Shown one piece after another: positions 37,655-46,656 of a stretch of DNA of 64,000 bases. The stretch lies in contig CBDCTZ010000014.1 of assembly GCA_965222375.1 (NCBI GenBank), forward strand, positions 320,001 to 384,000, read 5' to 3'. The translations under genes and the position numbers were made by a program. Origin of the DNA: Polyangiaceae bacterium. GTDB lineage: Bacteria > Myxococcota_A > Polyangia > Polyangiales > Polyangiaceae. The notes below the pieces were generated by a model. The model was given only the letters and a program-made list of their open reading frames with translations, was not told the origin of the DNA and did no database searches. Within the stretch, counting starts at the first letter, position 1; every line of letters starts with the position of its first letter.

Positions 37655-38074
37655 TCAAGGGGATTCGCACAGCGCGTTGATTCGTGCGACCAGGGTTCGT
37701 TCGCGCCGCGTGAAGCGCGCCATGGAGGGTCTTGGGCGCGGCCGGCCGCTATCACCCAGCGGCGGCATCTCGCGATCCAGGTCCAGGGCGAAGCCAGTGT
37801 CTTCCATCAATGTGGCGTAGTCTTTGGCGGCCTTGGCCACACTGGGGTTCGAGAACTTCATCGCCCGAATCCGTTCCGCCAAACCAAAGTAGCGCTCAGC
37901 GATGGCCTTCTTGTCGGGTTTTGCGGCGTCCGCCAGAGCGCCGGCCTCGGCCAGCGTCCCGTTTACGGCGCTCGTCAAATTGCGGCACTCGCGAGTCCGC
38001 TCGACGCGGCCACAGCCCAGAGTCACCCCAGCCACGGCGGCCCAAAGCCACAAGATTTTCGCGGCTCGCCGCAT
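37655..38074 (-). CDS. Helical lipoprotein, hypothetical
   Basis: ATG 38074 (MRRAAKILW...TLGC); EC...INALC pattern. Confidence 0.65.
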   Translation of the reverse strand: MRRAAKILWLWAAVAGVTLGCGRVERTRECRNLTSAVNGTLAEAGALADAAKPDKKAIAERYFGLAERIRAMKFSNPSVAKAAKDYATLMEDTGFALDLDREMPPLGDSGRPRPRPSMARFTRRERTLVARINALCESP

Positions 38075-38147
38075 CAGCGCCCAACTTTTGGCGGCAGCCT
38101 CCCAGAGTGTCAAGCGCTGCGGGAGTTTCGTGACTAAGAATACGCTC

Positions 38148-39266
38148 ATGAGCGTCTGGTCGCGCCGCTGCCTGGCTCTGCTCCTGGCCACCGGAGCAGT
38201 CGCTCTCGGTTGCGAGGATGAGTCACTGCCGCGCCCGCGACCCAGCGCTCCAGCATTGGCCGCGTCTGCCCTAGCTTCCTCCCGGCAGACCAAGGACTCT
38301 GGCGCGCCGGTCATCATTGGCAAGCTGCGCAAGCAGAAGCTGGACCTCGGCACTCGCAGTATGCCCGCCGAGAGTATTTCGCTATCGAAGTCCCGCTTCA
38401 TTCACCTGGGCGAGTCGGAGCTGCGTATCAATGCACTGCCGAGCGAAAAACAGATTGCGCAGGTTCCAGTAACGGAGCCCCGCCGCCTGGTCGTCCTGCG
38501 CGATGGAAGCGCGCTCGTGCTTGGCGCCAGCGAGACAGTGCTAGTGACCCGGCGGAAGCACGATGTCGTTCGGCTGCGGCGGATCTCCCTGTTTCCCCAA
38601 TCCAAGGTGCTGCCGGATCTGCACCGTTCGCGTCGCTTCTGGGTGCTGCACTCCTTCGACTCCGCGCTCTACGGTTACGAACTGGACGATGACGATGGCC
38701 TCGTCACTCTGGACGTGCGCGAGATCAAAGACTTTGACAAGCGGGTGTTTGCGTTGCTTCGGGATGGCAGTTTCCTTCACACCACCCCGAAGGGCCTGGT
38801 GCGGATGTACTTGGCAGGTAGGCGCCAGCCGGTTTCCTTGGATTCCACGGGCGCGTTTCGGTTATTGCCGGGCCGCCGATTGGATCGGATTTGGCTAGCC
38901 CGCCAATCTGGGAAGCTGCAGCTGGTCTCGCTGCTCGGCGCGCGTTCGAAGGTCATCTCTACCTTCCAGGTCGACGGCGTGTTCGATGTAGCCTCCGGAG
39001 CCGACAAACTTGCGGTGCTTCGGGTCGCTCGGAAAGACAAGGAGCGTCACTTCAAAGTGGAACTCTACAGCGCCAGGGGCAAGCTGCTCTGGAGCGATAG
39101 CCTCGAATTGGGCATTGACAGCGCGGTCGGCGATGACTGGCTCGCGAGGGTGGCTCGCAATCGTGGAATTGCCTTGTCTGACAACGCCAAGTGGCTCGCC
39201 GTGGGTGGACCGGGCGGCGCGGTGTTGTGGGATGCGGCGAAGGGCGAGCGCGTCCTGACCCGCTAG
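38148..39266 (+). CDS. Lipoprotein with probable beta-propeller
   Basis: ATG 38148, lipobox ALGC, beta-strand repeats ending LAVGG...VLWDA..GE. Confidence 0.7.
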   Translation: MSVWSRRCLALLLATGAVALGCEDESLPRPRPSAPALAASALASSRQTKDSGAPVIIGKLRKQKLDLGTRSMPAESISLSKSRFIHLGESELRINALPSEKQIAQVPVTEPRRLVVLRDGSALVLGASETVLVTRRKHDVVRLRRISLFPQSKVLPDLHRSRRFWVLHSFDSALYGYELDDDDGLVTLDVREIKDFDKRVFALLRDGSFLHTTPKGLVRMYLAGRRQPVSLDSTGAFRLLPGRRLDRIWLARQSGKLQLVSLLGARSKVISTFQVDGVFDVASGADKLAVLRVARKDKERHFKVELYSARGKLLWSDSLELGIDSAVGDDWLARVARNRGIALSDNAKWLAVGGPGGAVLWDAAKGERVLTR

Positions 39267-40810
39267 CGGATGCGCACCCAGGTACCGGGCCCTCGGGCGC
39301 CGCCGCTGCGCACGCTATGCCACCCGGGCGGCAAGTCAGGCAGAGTCCACTCGAACAACCACTTGGCATCCGCCGGCGAGAGGTTCACACAGCCGCCGCT
39401 CTTGGGCTCTCCAAATCGGTCATGCCAGTAAGCCGCGTGAAGCGCGAAGGGCATGTGAAAGAACTGGGTCCAGGCAACCTCGCTCAAGTAGTAGCTCTTG
39501 CGCTCGGGATCTGGCGACATCGTGGTGGACCGATGCTTCCACTCGAGCCTGAAGGTGCCAGTGGGCGTCGCATGTTTGGCTGGCCGCCCGTCGCCATCCC
39601 GCCTGTAGCCGCTGATACCGGGTGAAATCAGAGTGGCAAACACCGCCCGCCGCCCTTCGTAGGCGACCAGCGTGCCTCGGTGGATGCTTATGTCGATCCA
39701 CTTCTCGCCTCGAGTGAGTTCGAAACCCCTGGGCGGGTGCTTTCGGATCACGCTCGCTTTGAGGTCGTCCTCGATGAACAGGCCGTCTTGTCGCGTTTCG
39801 AGATAGCGACGCGACCCCCGGCTGAGCACTCGGCCGGATAGTCCTACCCAGCTGAGTCGCTTCCAAGTGCCGCCGGTGCGCTCGACCTTTCCGCGGAGGG
39901 TGTCACCCACACTTGCCGGTCGCACATTTCCGCCCTGGGCCAGCCGAAACACTGGCGAGTCCTGCCCGCGCACGAAGGCGATGGGCAAGCGTGCGCTCTG
40001 GGCGAGCTTCAGTCCACGGAACGCACTCGGCGATTGGATGTCGACACGGTCCTTCGGCACCAAACTGAAATCCTGCGTCAGCAGGAAGCTCCTGCCCTCC
40101 GCAGAGAGTTCGTCCACGAAGGCAATGCTGGAACGCGCAGGTACAAATCCGCCCCGTACCCGCTTTGGATGCCCATGATGTTTGGCGAAAGGCGACCAAG
40201 CGCCATCTTGCAGCATCTTGGGGATGGGGCTCTTGCCGATGGTGGTGTCGGCGCCGCGCAGGGCTCTAGGGACTTCTCCAGAGCGCGCTCGTTTCAGCTG
40301 GTCCAAATGGGCGCCTTCGCTTCGGCGCTGCTCGGCGGCGGTTGGGATCTTGCGGTACCAGGGGCTGAGCCGCGACTTGGCGTAGCGGTACGGATTTGGA
40401 CGATCGAAGTCACCTCCCCGGCGCTGCAACGCCGCCAGCAAGGGATCCGAGTCTACGTCTCGGGTGACGTCTTTGTTCTTGCAAACGTAGCCTTCCGGTT
40501 TGATGGGCAGCCAGCCGCCGTCACAGCCCTCGACGCCGGATGCTTGCGTGGCTTTCAGTTCGACCACATTGCCCAGGTGCAAGGCGCCGATCTCGGTGCT
40601 GCCCGGTCGGGGCTGCGATCGCACATACACCCGTGTTGCGAGCACGCCGATTCTCGGAGGCGCCGGCTGAGGCTTGGGATACAGAATAGCCGTAGGCAAC
40701 TCGGCGCCTTCGTCGACCGTGGGCGCAGCGGGCCCTGCCTCAGGTGCTCCTGCCTGTTGGCAGCCCAGGCAGAAGGTCGTTAGGCCGAGGGCGAGACGGG
40801 CGGCACGCAT
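39263..40810 (-). CDS. L,D-transpeptidase (YkuD) lipoprotein with SH3-like N-domain
   Basis: KWIDISI..TLVAYEG, TPTGTF, ALHAAYWH...SGGCVNL. Confidence 0.9.
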   Translation of the reverse strand: MRAARLALGLTTFCLGCQQAGAPEAGPAAPTVDEGAELPTAILYPKPQPAPPRIGVLATRVYVRSQPRPGSTEIGALHLGNVVELKATQASGVEGCDGGWLPIKPEGYVCKNKDVTRDVDSDPLLAALQRRGGDFDRPNPYRYAKSRLSPWYRKIPTAAEQRRSEGAHLDQLKRARSGEVPRALRGADTTIGKSPIPKMLQDGAWSPFAKHHGHPKRVRGGFVPARSSIAFVDELSAEGRSFLLTQDFSLVPKDRVDIQSPSAFRGLKLAQSARLPIAFVRGQDSPVFRLAQGGNVRPASVGDTLRGKVERTGGTWKRLSWVGLSGRVLSRGSRRYLETRQDGLFIEDDLKASVIRKHPPRGFELTRGEKWIDISIHRGTLVAYEGRRAVFATLISPGISGYRRDGDGRPAKHATPTGTFRLEWKHRSTTMSPDPERKSYYLSEVAWTQFFHMPFALHAAYWHDRFGEPKSGGCVNLSPADAKWLFEWTLPDLPPGWHSVRSGGARGPGTWVRIR

Positions 40811-40934
40811 CTTCCGCGGATTTTGGGGGTGGGCGCCCGGATCCGGAAAGTTTTCGACAGCTGGCGACTACCTGGGTTTGGGGTCGCGGAATTTAGTCGT
40901 CCCTGCGGCCCTACTCTCGACTATGGGGTGGCCT

Positions 40935-41275
40935 GTCCGTCCAGAACAAAGTGGTCCGTCGCCCTGAGGTAGAGGGGAGTTCTTCGTCGGCAGCGCGTTG
41001 GTTGGGGAGAAAGTCCAGCTCAGGCTGTCTGAATCGACTATTCGCGGTCGTGGCTTGTCGGAAGACGAGGAAACCAAGAACGGGCTGTCTGAATCGACTA
41101 TTCGCGCTCGCAATGGCGCATAGGTGGAGGTCCGTTGGCGGGGCGCAATCGCCGTGACAAGGTCGTGGCCAGCTTTCGCTGGACGCCTGGAGCGAGAGTA
41201 ACGCGCTCACCGCCTCTGGACAGCCGTTGATTGGCTTTCTCAGGTCAACCTTGTGGGCTGCCGGAGTCTGGAGGT
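40935..41275 (-). ncRNA. Candidate bridge RNA/seekRNA in the IS 3' non-coding region
   Basis: Position expected for IS1111-group guide RNAs; contains CACGG and AGTCGA, which match the two target flanks. RNA boundaries not determinable. Confidence 0.55.
41023..41106. repeat. Exact 24-bp direct repeat, 60-bp period
   Basis: GGCTGTCTGAATCGACTATTCGCG at 41023-41046 and 41083-41106. Confidence 0.95.
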
Positions 41276-41278
41276 TTT

Positions 41279-42307
41279 CTACGCCACGGTTTGCGCTGCC
41301 TTTCGATGGTTGAGCTCGTATACAGAGCCGTCGCGCCACAACGCGAAGAGCACGCCAGCTAGTTTGCGGGCCAACGCCACGGTAGCGATGAATTTGCCAC
41401 GGCGTTGCTCGATTTGCTCTGCCCACTTGGACATTGGGTCGTTGGGCCGTGTACGCCGAAAGGTCCACGCCGCCTGCACCAAGTTGGTGCGCACCATCGC
41501 CGGTCCGGCCTTGGTGATCCCGAGCCGTTGCTGACGATCGCCGCTGGATTTCTCGCCCGGAGTCAGCCCAAGAAAGGCTTCGACAGAGTGAGCGCTCGGA
41601 AAACGTGTCCTGTCGTCGAGTGCTGCCACAAAGCGCATGCTGGTTGCCGGACCGATACCGGGCACCGTCATGAGACGCTGACAGACTGGGTCCTTCTTCG
41701 CCAGGGCCCTGAGCTCCTCGTTGGCTTCCTTGATCTGCACGTTGAGAGCTTCGATGGCCTGCAAAAGACGCTCGACGTGCTGCGGCAATCCATCGGGATG
41801 AGCGAGGGCTGCAGCGCGGAGGCGTGTGGGCAAGGTCGTGGGCTCGCCGGAGCACATTTTCAACAGTTGCGTACGCCTCCAGCCTTGCACTGCATTTGCC
41901 AATGCCGTGCGTGCACCAAGCAGTTGCTCGCGCATTGCGCACATCGTGCGTCTGTCGCGAGCCTGCTCCGCCGGGATGTGCACCGATGGCAAGTCGATAC
42001 GGCACGAGACTTCGCTGAGGACCTGCGCATCGCGCCGGTCGGTCTTGATGCCTCGAGCCCCGACCCCCAAACTGCGCACCAACGTTGCTGGGACCACACG
42101 CACCTCGTGTCCACATTCCAGAGCCCAGTCGGCGACTCGGAATGCTTCCGAACACGTTTCCAGTACAATTCGGCTCTTGGGCTGGTGCTGAAAGAAGCAC
42201 ATCAAACTGCTGGTCGCGATCCTCTTCTCCAGCAGAATTCCTTCGTCCGCGGCCCGCACACACACCTGCGATTGTTTTCCACCCAGATCGACTCCAATAT
42301 GCTCCAT
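41279..42307 (-). CDS. IS110 family transposase/recombinase
   Basis: DEDD RuvC-like motifs (IGVDLG, LETC, KTDRRDA), VPGIGP, GLTP..SSG serine loop, GITKAG, ALARKL. Confidence 0.97.
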   Translation of the reverse strand: MEHIGVDLGGKQSQVCVRAADEGILLEKRIATSSLMCFFQHQPKSRIVLETCSEAFRVADWALECGHEVRVVPATLVRSLGVGARGIKTDRRDAQVLSEVSCRIDLPSVHIPAEQARDRRTMCAMREQLLGARTALANAVQGWRRTQLLKMCSGEPTTLPTRLRAAALAHPDGLPQHVERLLQAIEALNVQIKEANEELRALAKKDPVCQRLMTVPGIGPATSMRFVAALDDRTRFPSAHSVEAFLGLTPGEKSSGDRQQRLGITKAGPAMVRTNLVQAAWTFRRTRPNDPMSKWAEQIEQRRGKFIATVALARKLAGVLFALWRDGSVYELNHRKAAQTVA

Positions 42308-42394
42308 GGCTGTCTCCTCTAATCACTGCGCCTTTGAGCGCGTCTGTTGATTGAGGCCCGGTTTCCGGTGACCTCGTTAATGAGGAGACAGCCA
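42307..42394. promoter_or_regulatory. 13-bp perfect inverted repeat sequestering the transposase RBS and start
   Basis: TGGCTGTCTCCTC (42307-42319) and GAGGAGACAGCCA (42382-42394); one arm is the SD (GAGGAG) plus the A of ATG. Confidence 0.75.
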
Positions 42395-42584
42395 CTGTCG
42401 CCTCGCGCAAAGCCATCGCTCGCGCGTCCGGCGCCCAAGCGAACACCGTATGCAGAACGGCCACCATGGCAGCCCTCCGCATCCGAAAGACGCCTCGGCG
42501 GCTACCTACCAGGTCACGAGCCACCCCATCACATCTCCGTGCCCACGCTGGTGCGTTTGCTGTGACAACTAGAAGCGCACCAGT

Positions 42585-42699
42585 CCGACAAAGTGCCCCC
42601 CCCGCGATGGTGGGAACGAAATGTGGCGGGTTGTGCGCAACTGGGCTGCCATTCGCCCGACAAAGTGCCCCCCCGCGTGCTGGGTGGGAACGAATTGTG
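42585..42699. repeat. Imperfect ~41-bp direct repeat, 72-bp period
   Basis: CCGACAAAGTG-C8/C7-GCG..GTGGGAACGAA(A/T)TGTG at 42585 and 42657. Confidence 0.85.
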
Positions 42700-42760
42700 T
42701 GGGAAAGGGCGGGAGTAGGGCGAGCGCGACGCCCCAGGGCTCGACCCCAACCCAATCACC

Positions 42761-44083
42761 TCAATCGTCGGGCTCGGGGTACAGGCTCGTGACTTTTCGG
42801 TGGACTCCGCCGAGCACGAAGGTCTGCATCTCGCCCTTGCCCTTGACGGTGATGGTGCCGCGCGGCTCGACCTCGAACTGGCTGCGCAGGGCGTCTGCGA
42901 CCCGTTCGGTGATCTGAATCGTGCCGGGTTCGCCGTGGCTTTCCATGCGCGCCGCCAGGTTCACGGTGTCGCCCCAGAGGTCGTAGGTGAACTTCTTGGT
43001 GCCGATCACGCCGGCTGCGACCGGGCCGGTATGAATGCCGATGCGGATCTGTAGACGATCCCCAGTCGGGGTCACGAATGTTTCGACGACTTCACGCATG
43101 GCCAGAGCCAAGCGCGCTACGGCCTCGACGTGATCGCCGCGGGGCGTGGGAAGCCCACCAGCCACCATGTAGGCATCGCCGATCGTCTTGATCTTCTCCA
43201 AGCCGAAGGTTTCCGTGAGGGCGTCGAACTTGGAGAAAACCTCGTTTAACAATCGGATCAGTTCCGTCGTGGTGATCTTCGCGCTCAAGGGCGTGAAACC
43301 AACGATGTCTGCGAAGAGCACGGTGGCCTCGTTGAAGTTCTGCGCAATGGCGCCTTTGTCCTTCTTCAATCGTTCGATGATGGGCTGGGGCAATATGTTG
43401 AGCAGCAGCTGGTCGGCGTTGTCGCGCTGGATGCCCATTTCGAGCCGAGCTCGAAGCTCTTCGGCGCGAAGTGCGTAGCTCAGCTTGGTTCCCAGAAATG
43501 CGACGGCTCCGGCACTAGCCACGTAGGCCATGCCAGAAAAAAGCCAGCCGCCCTCTCCGGCTTTGAGCACGTAGAGGGCTGACGCCACGTATCCGGCCGC
43601 GATCAGCAAGGCGATGCGCAGCATCCGGCGCGCAGTGAAGGGAAAGAGCAAGCCCGTACACACCAGCAGCAATACCAAGCCTTCGGTGCCCGAACTCACA
43701 CCCCACTCGAGGACGAACAACAGCAGGTAGCCCGCCGTGATCAAGGTCAGAGCCTCGGCCAGGGCACCCGCATGTCGCTCTAGGCGCGGTACGTAGGTCA
43801 GCGCGGAAAAGGTGAGCGAGATCGAAATGATCAGGGAACGGCGGGCGAGTTCCTCCACCAAGAGGCCGCCAGCGAAGACGACCAGAGAAACGAAAAAGAG
43901 GAGGTGTACGCCGGCGTAGAGCGCGCCGGCGATCCGCAGGCGACGCAGAGTCAGCTCTCGCAGGTTTTCCGCCAGCTCGTCGTCGATGAACTGCTTGCTT
44001 GCACCCTCGGTGAAGATGGACGCCACGGACGGGGGAAGCTGGGACTGCGGCTCCACGGGCCAACTGTAGCCGAGCGCTGGCAC
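42761..44083 (-). CDS. Membrane-bound class III adenylate cyclase
   Basis: About 6 TM helices; LLLNILP, VLFADIVGFT, EKIKTIGDAYM, YDLWGDTVNLAARME (Lys/Asp purine-specificity pair indicates ATP). Confidence 0.92.
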   Translation of the reverse strand: MPALGYSWPVEPQSQLPPSVASIFTEGASKQFIDDELAENLRELTLRRLRIAGALYAGVHLLFFVSLVVFAGGLLVEELARRSLIISISLTFSALTYVPRLERHAGALAEALTLITAGYLLLFVLEWGVSSGTEGLVLLLVCTGLLFPFTARRMLRIALLIAAGYVASALYVLKAGEGGWLFSGMAYVASAGAVAFLGTKLSYALRAEELRARLEMGIQRDNADQLLLNILPQPIIERLKKDKGAIAQNFNEATVLFADIVGFTPLSAKITTTELIRLLNEVFSKFDALTETFGLEKIKTIGDAYMVAGGLPTPRGDHVEAVARLALAMREVVETFVTPTGDRLQIRIGIHTGPVAAGVIGTKKFTYDLWGDTVNLAARMESHGEPGTIQITERVADALRSQFEVEPRGTITVKGKGEMQTFVLGGVHRKVTSLYPEPDD

Positions 44084-44194
44084 CAGACCCTAAGGGGGTG
44101 GCGTTTGACGAGCCGGCAGCCAGAAACTTGCCCGAAAAGGCCGCTACCTGCGAAGAGCCGAGCCAAGGCCCTACTCTGGGCACTGCTGCACCCA

Positions 44195-46651
44195 ATGTCG
44201 AGACGTCGCGTCGAGCCCGAGCTTGTTGATCTTCGGAAGTTAGCTGAGAGATTGGCGCAGGAGAGAAAGGAGCGCCTGACCAGCGCGCACTTGCTTGCTG
44301 CCATTGCCGCGACCCGGAGCCCAGCCCAGGACTTGCTGTCCGAGCGCCGGATCAAGACCGAGGACATCCTACGGGTGGCTCGCGCGACGACCGGGGATTT
44401 GGAGGACCCGATTCGCAGCATGGTGCAGAAGGCACGGGCCATGTCCGCCCGCATGGGTGCGACGGAAACTCGCGCGATTCATCTGCTGCTCGCGTTGGTT
44501 GGTGAACGACGCGCTCGGTCGTTTCGGACCCTGGAAGCCTTCGGCGCGGACGTTGGCCGATTGCGTGCCGCAAGTATGAACCTTGGCCTCGGCATTTCCG
44601 TTCCCCGGCGCAACGCCTCGCAGGTCATCGAAGTGGAGCGCCGTGCCATGGCGGCGGCTGTGAGGGAGGCACCGACCAACGTCGAGCCACCGAAACCCAG
44701 GACCCCCACGTCATCCGCGGAGCTGGTTCCAGATCCGACCTGCCCCATGGCGAGCGGAAAGCCGAAGGCGGCCGCTCAGCGACCGTCCAAGCCGCCGCCC
44801 CCCGCGCCGGTTCGTGCCCCGGAGGCCCAACCGAAGACGACGCGATTCCATCTCGATCCTCAGCGCTTTCCAACGTTGACGGAGTTGGGCACGAACTTGA
44901 CGGAGCTGTGTGCGCAGAACCTTTCTGAACCCGTCGTCGGACGCGAGCGGGAAGTCGAGCAGATCCTCGACGTGTTGGCGAAGCGTCATGAAAATAGCCC
45001 GCTATTGGTTGGTGGGCCGGGAGTTGGCAAGACCAGCGTGGTGCGCGCGCTGGCCGCCCAGGTTGCCGCGTCGGATTCGACGACCTCCTTGGACGACCGC
45101 ATCGTCGTCGAGATCCCAGTGGCGGACTTGCTCGCGGGGACTGGTGTGCGTGGTGCGTTGGCGGCTCGGATGAGCGCGCTCCGAAAAGAGGTGGGGCAAG
45201 CGGCAGGGCGTGTCGTGCTTTTCTTCGATGAAATCCACCAGCTCTTCAGTGACGCCTCCGACGAAATCACGGGGGAGCTGAAGTCCGCTCTGCAGAAGGG
45301 TGAGTTGCCATGCATTGGTACGACGACGCCCGAGGATCTGAAACGCGTCATCGATGCCGACCCAGCGCTGATGCGTCGCTTCACCTTCGTGGAGGTGGAG
45401 GAACCGAGTCGCGAAGACGCTTATCTGATCCTGGAAGCCCTGGCGCCCGGGCTCAGTGGGCATCATGGCGTTGCCTACGAAACCGAAGCGCTGGCGCTTT
45501 CCGTCGCCTGGTCGATCCGCTATCTACCCGGGCGCGCTCTGCCCGACAAGGCAGTCCAGGTCATCGATCTGGCTGGGGCGCGCAGTCGTCGTCGCGGTGC
45601 TGCCTCCGTGGGAAGCAACACCGTTGCCGAAATCGTGGCGGAAGCTGCGGACATGCCCGTGGAACGCCTGCTCGAAAGTGATGCGGAGCGTCTGCTCAGT
45701 TTGGAGCGGATCGTTGCGGATCGTGTCGTGGGGCACGCGGCGGCGGTGCAGCGCATTGCAGCGATCTTGCGGCGCAATGCCGCAGGCATGGGCGCGCGCC
45801 GCCCCATCGGGACCTTCTTGCTCCTCGGACCGACAGGTGTGGGGAAGACGGAGATGGCAAAGGCCGTCGCAGAAGTGCTGTTCCACTCCGAAAACGCGAT
45901 GACCCGCTTGGACATGTCCGAGTACAGCGAGGCCCACGCCGTAGCGCGGCTCATCGGTGCCCCGCCGGGCTACGTTGGCCACGAGGCTGGAGGGTTGCTG
46001 ACGGAAGCCATTCGTCGACGTCCGTACCAGGTGTTGCTCCTCGACGAGATCGAGAAGGCGCACCAGGACGTGCTGGAGTCGTTCTTGGGCGTATTCGACG
46101 AGGGGCGCATGACCGATGGCCGGGGCCGTACCGTGGATTTCACGAACACGGTGATCTTCATGACCTCCAACATCGGTGCGTCGGAAGCGGGGGGAGGCAA
46201 ACGCCGAGTCGGATTCGGGGCCGCCGACGCTGCCGGGGACCGAGATCTCGAGCAGCGGATCACCGCAGCCGCTCGGACTGCGCTGACTCCAGAGCTCTAC
46301 AACCGAATCGATGAAGTGCTTGCGTTTACGCCACTGAGTCGAGAAGAAGTCGTCGAGATTGCGCGGCGTTTGCTGGCCAACCTCGACCAGGCATTGCTGG
46401 AACGACGTGGCGTACGTGTTGAAGCGGACGACCGTGCGGTCGAGTTCTTGCTGGATAGTGGTGGTTTCGATCCAACCTTGGGCGCGAGGCCCCTCAAGCG
46501 CACCATCCTGCGGCTGATCGAAGCGCCCCTGGCCGAGAAGATCCTTCGCGGTGAGCTTGCGGCGGGCAGTGTCGCTCTGGTGAGCGTCGAGGATTCGGAA
46601 CTAGTCATCGACGTGGTCGATGCCAGTTCCGATGCGACGGCCGCCGAGTAG
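44195..46651 (+). CDS. ClpA/ClpC-type ATP-dependent Clp protease ATP-binding subunit
   Basis: Start ATG 44195; Clp-N repeats (HLL), GGPGVGKT, FFDEIH, LPDKA, GPTGVGKTE, DMSEY, GAPPGYVG, VGF ClpP-docking loop, GARPL; no M-domain coiled coil. Confidence 0.92.
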   Translation: MSRRRVEPELVDLRKLAERLAQERKERLTSAHLLAAIAATRSPAQDLLSERRIKTEDILRVARATTGDLEDPIRSMVQKARAMSARMGATETRAIHLLLALVGERRARSFRTLEAFGADVGRLRAASMNLGLGISVPRRNASQVIEVERRAMAAAVREAPTNVEPPKPRTPTSSAELVPDPTCPMASGKPKAAAQRPSKPPPPAPVRAPEAQPKTTRFHLDPQRFPTLTELGTNLTELCAQNLSEPVVGREREVEQILDVLAKRHENSPLLVGGPGVGKTSVVRALAAQVAASDSTTSLDDRIVVEIPVADLLAGTGVRGALAARMSALRKEVGQAAGRVVLFFDEIHQLFSDASDEITGELKSALQKGELPCIGTTTPEDLKRVIDADPALMRRFTFVEVEEPSREDAYLILEALAPGLSGHHGVAYETEALALSVAWSIRYLPGRALPDKAVQVIDLAGARSRRRGAASVGSNTVAEIVAEAADMPVERLLESDAERLLSLERIVADRVVGHAAAVQRIAAILRRNAAGMGARRPIGTFLLLGPTGVGKTEMAKAVAEVLFHSENAMTRLDMSEYSEAHAVARLIGAPPGYVGHEAGGLLTEAIRRRPYQVLLLDEIEKAHQDVLESFLGVFDEGRMTDGRGRTVDFTNTVIFMTSNIGASEAGGGKRRVGFGAADAAGDRDLEQRITAAARTALTPELYNRIDEVLAFTPLSREEVVEIARRLLANLDQALLERRGVRVEADDRAVEFLLDSGGFDPTLGARPLKRTILRLIEAPLAEKILRGELAAGSVALVSVEDSELVIDVVDASSDATAAE

Positions 46652-46656
46652 CTAGT

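Larger units (their letters stand above)
40921..42536 (-). mobile_element. IS110-family insertion sequence, IS1111 group, apparently complete (~1.6 kb)
   Basis: Transposase; 10-bp sub-terminal IRs ATGGGGTGGC (40923-40932) and GCCACCCCAT (42520-42529); CT dinucleotide core at both ends (40921-22, 42535-36); long 3' non-coding region. Confidence 0.85.
40872..42755. repeat. Degenerate terminal inverted repeats of a MITE/REP-like element interrupted by the IS
   Basis: tgggtttggggtcg (40873-40886) and gccctactc (40908-40916) pair with cgaccccaaccca (42742-42754) and gagtagggc (42713-42721). Confidence 0.55.

Noticed and set aside
39370..39445. SGGC instead of SHGC in the L,D-transpeptidase
   Set aside because: The catalytic His (ALH) and Cys are intact; this position is known to vary.
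41023..41106. Mini CRISPR array
   Set aside because: Only two repeats, no cas genes, and they lie within the IS non-coding end; better explained as part of the IS RNA.
40868..41113. 81-aa ORF with duplicated RIVDSDS
   Set aside because: A by-product of the 24-bp DNA repeat at a 60-bp period; it runs across the IS end.
40911..42755. 614-aa minus-strand ORF spanning the whole IS
   Set aside because: Arg/Ala/Gly-rich shadow frame of the transposase with no domain motifs; it crosses the IS boundaries, so it cannot predate the insertion.
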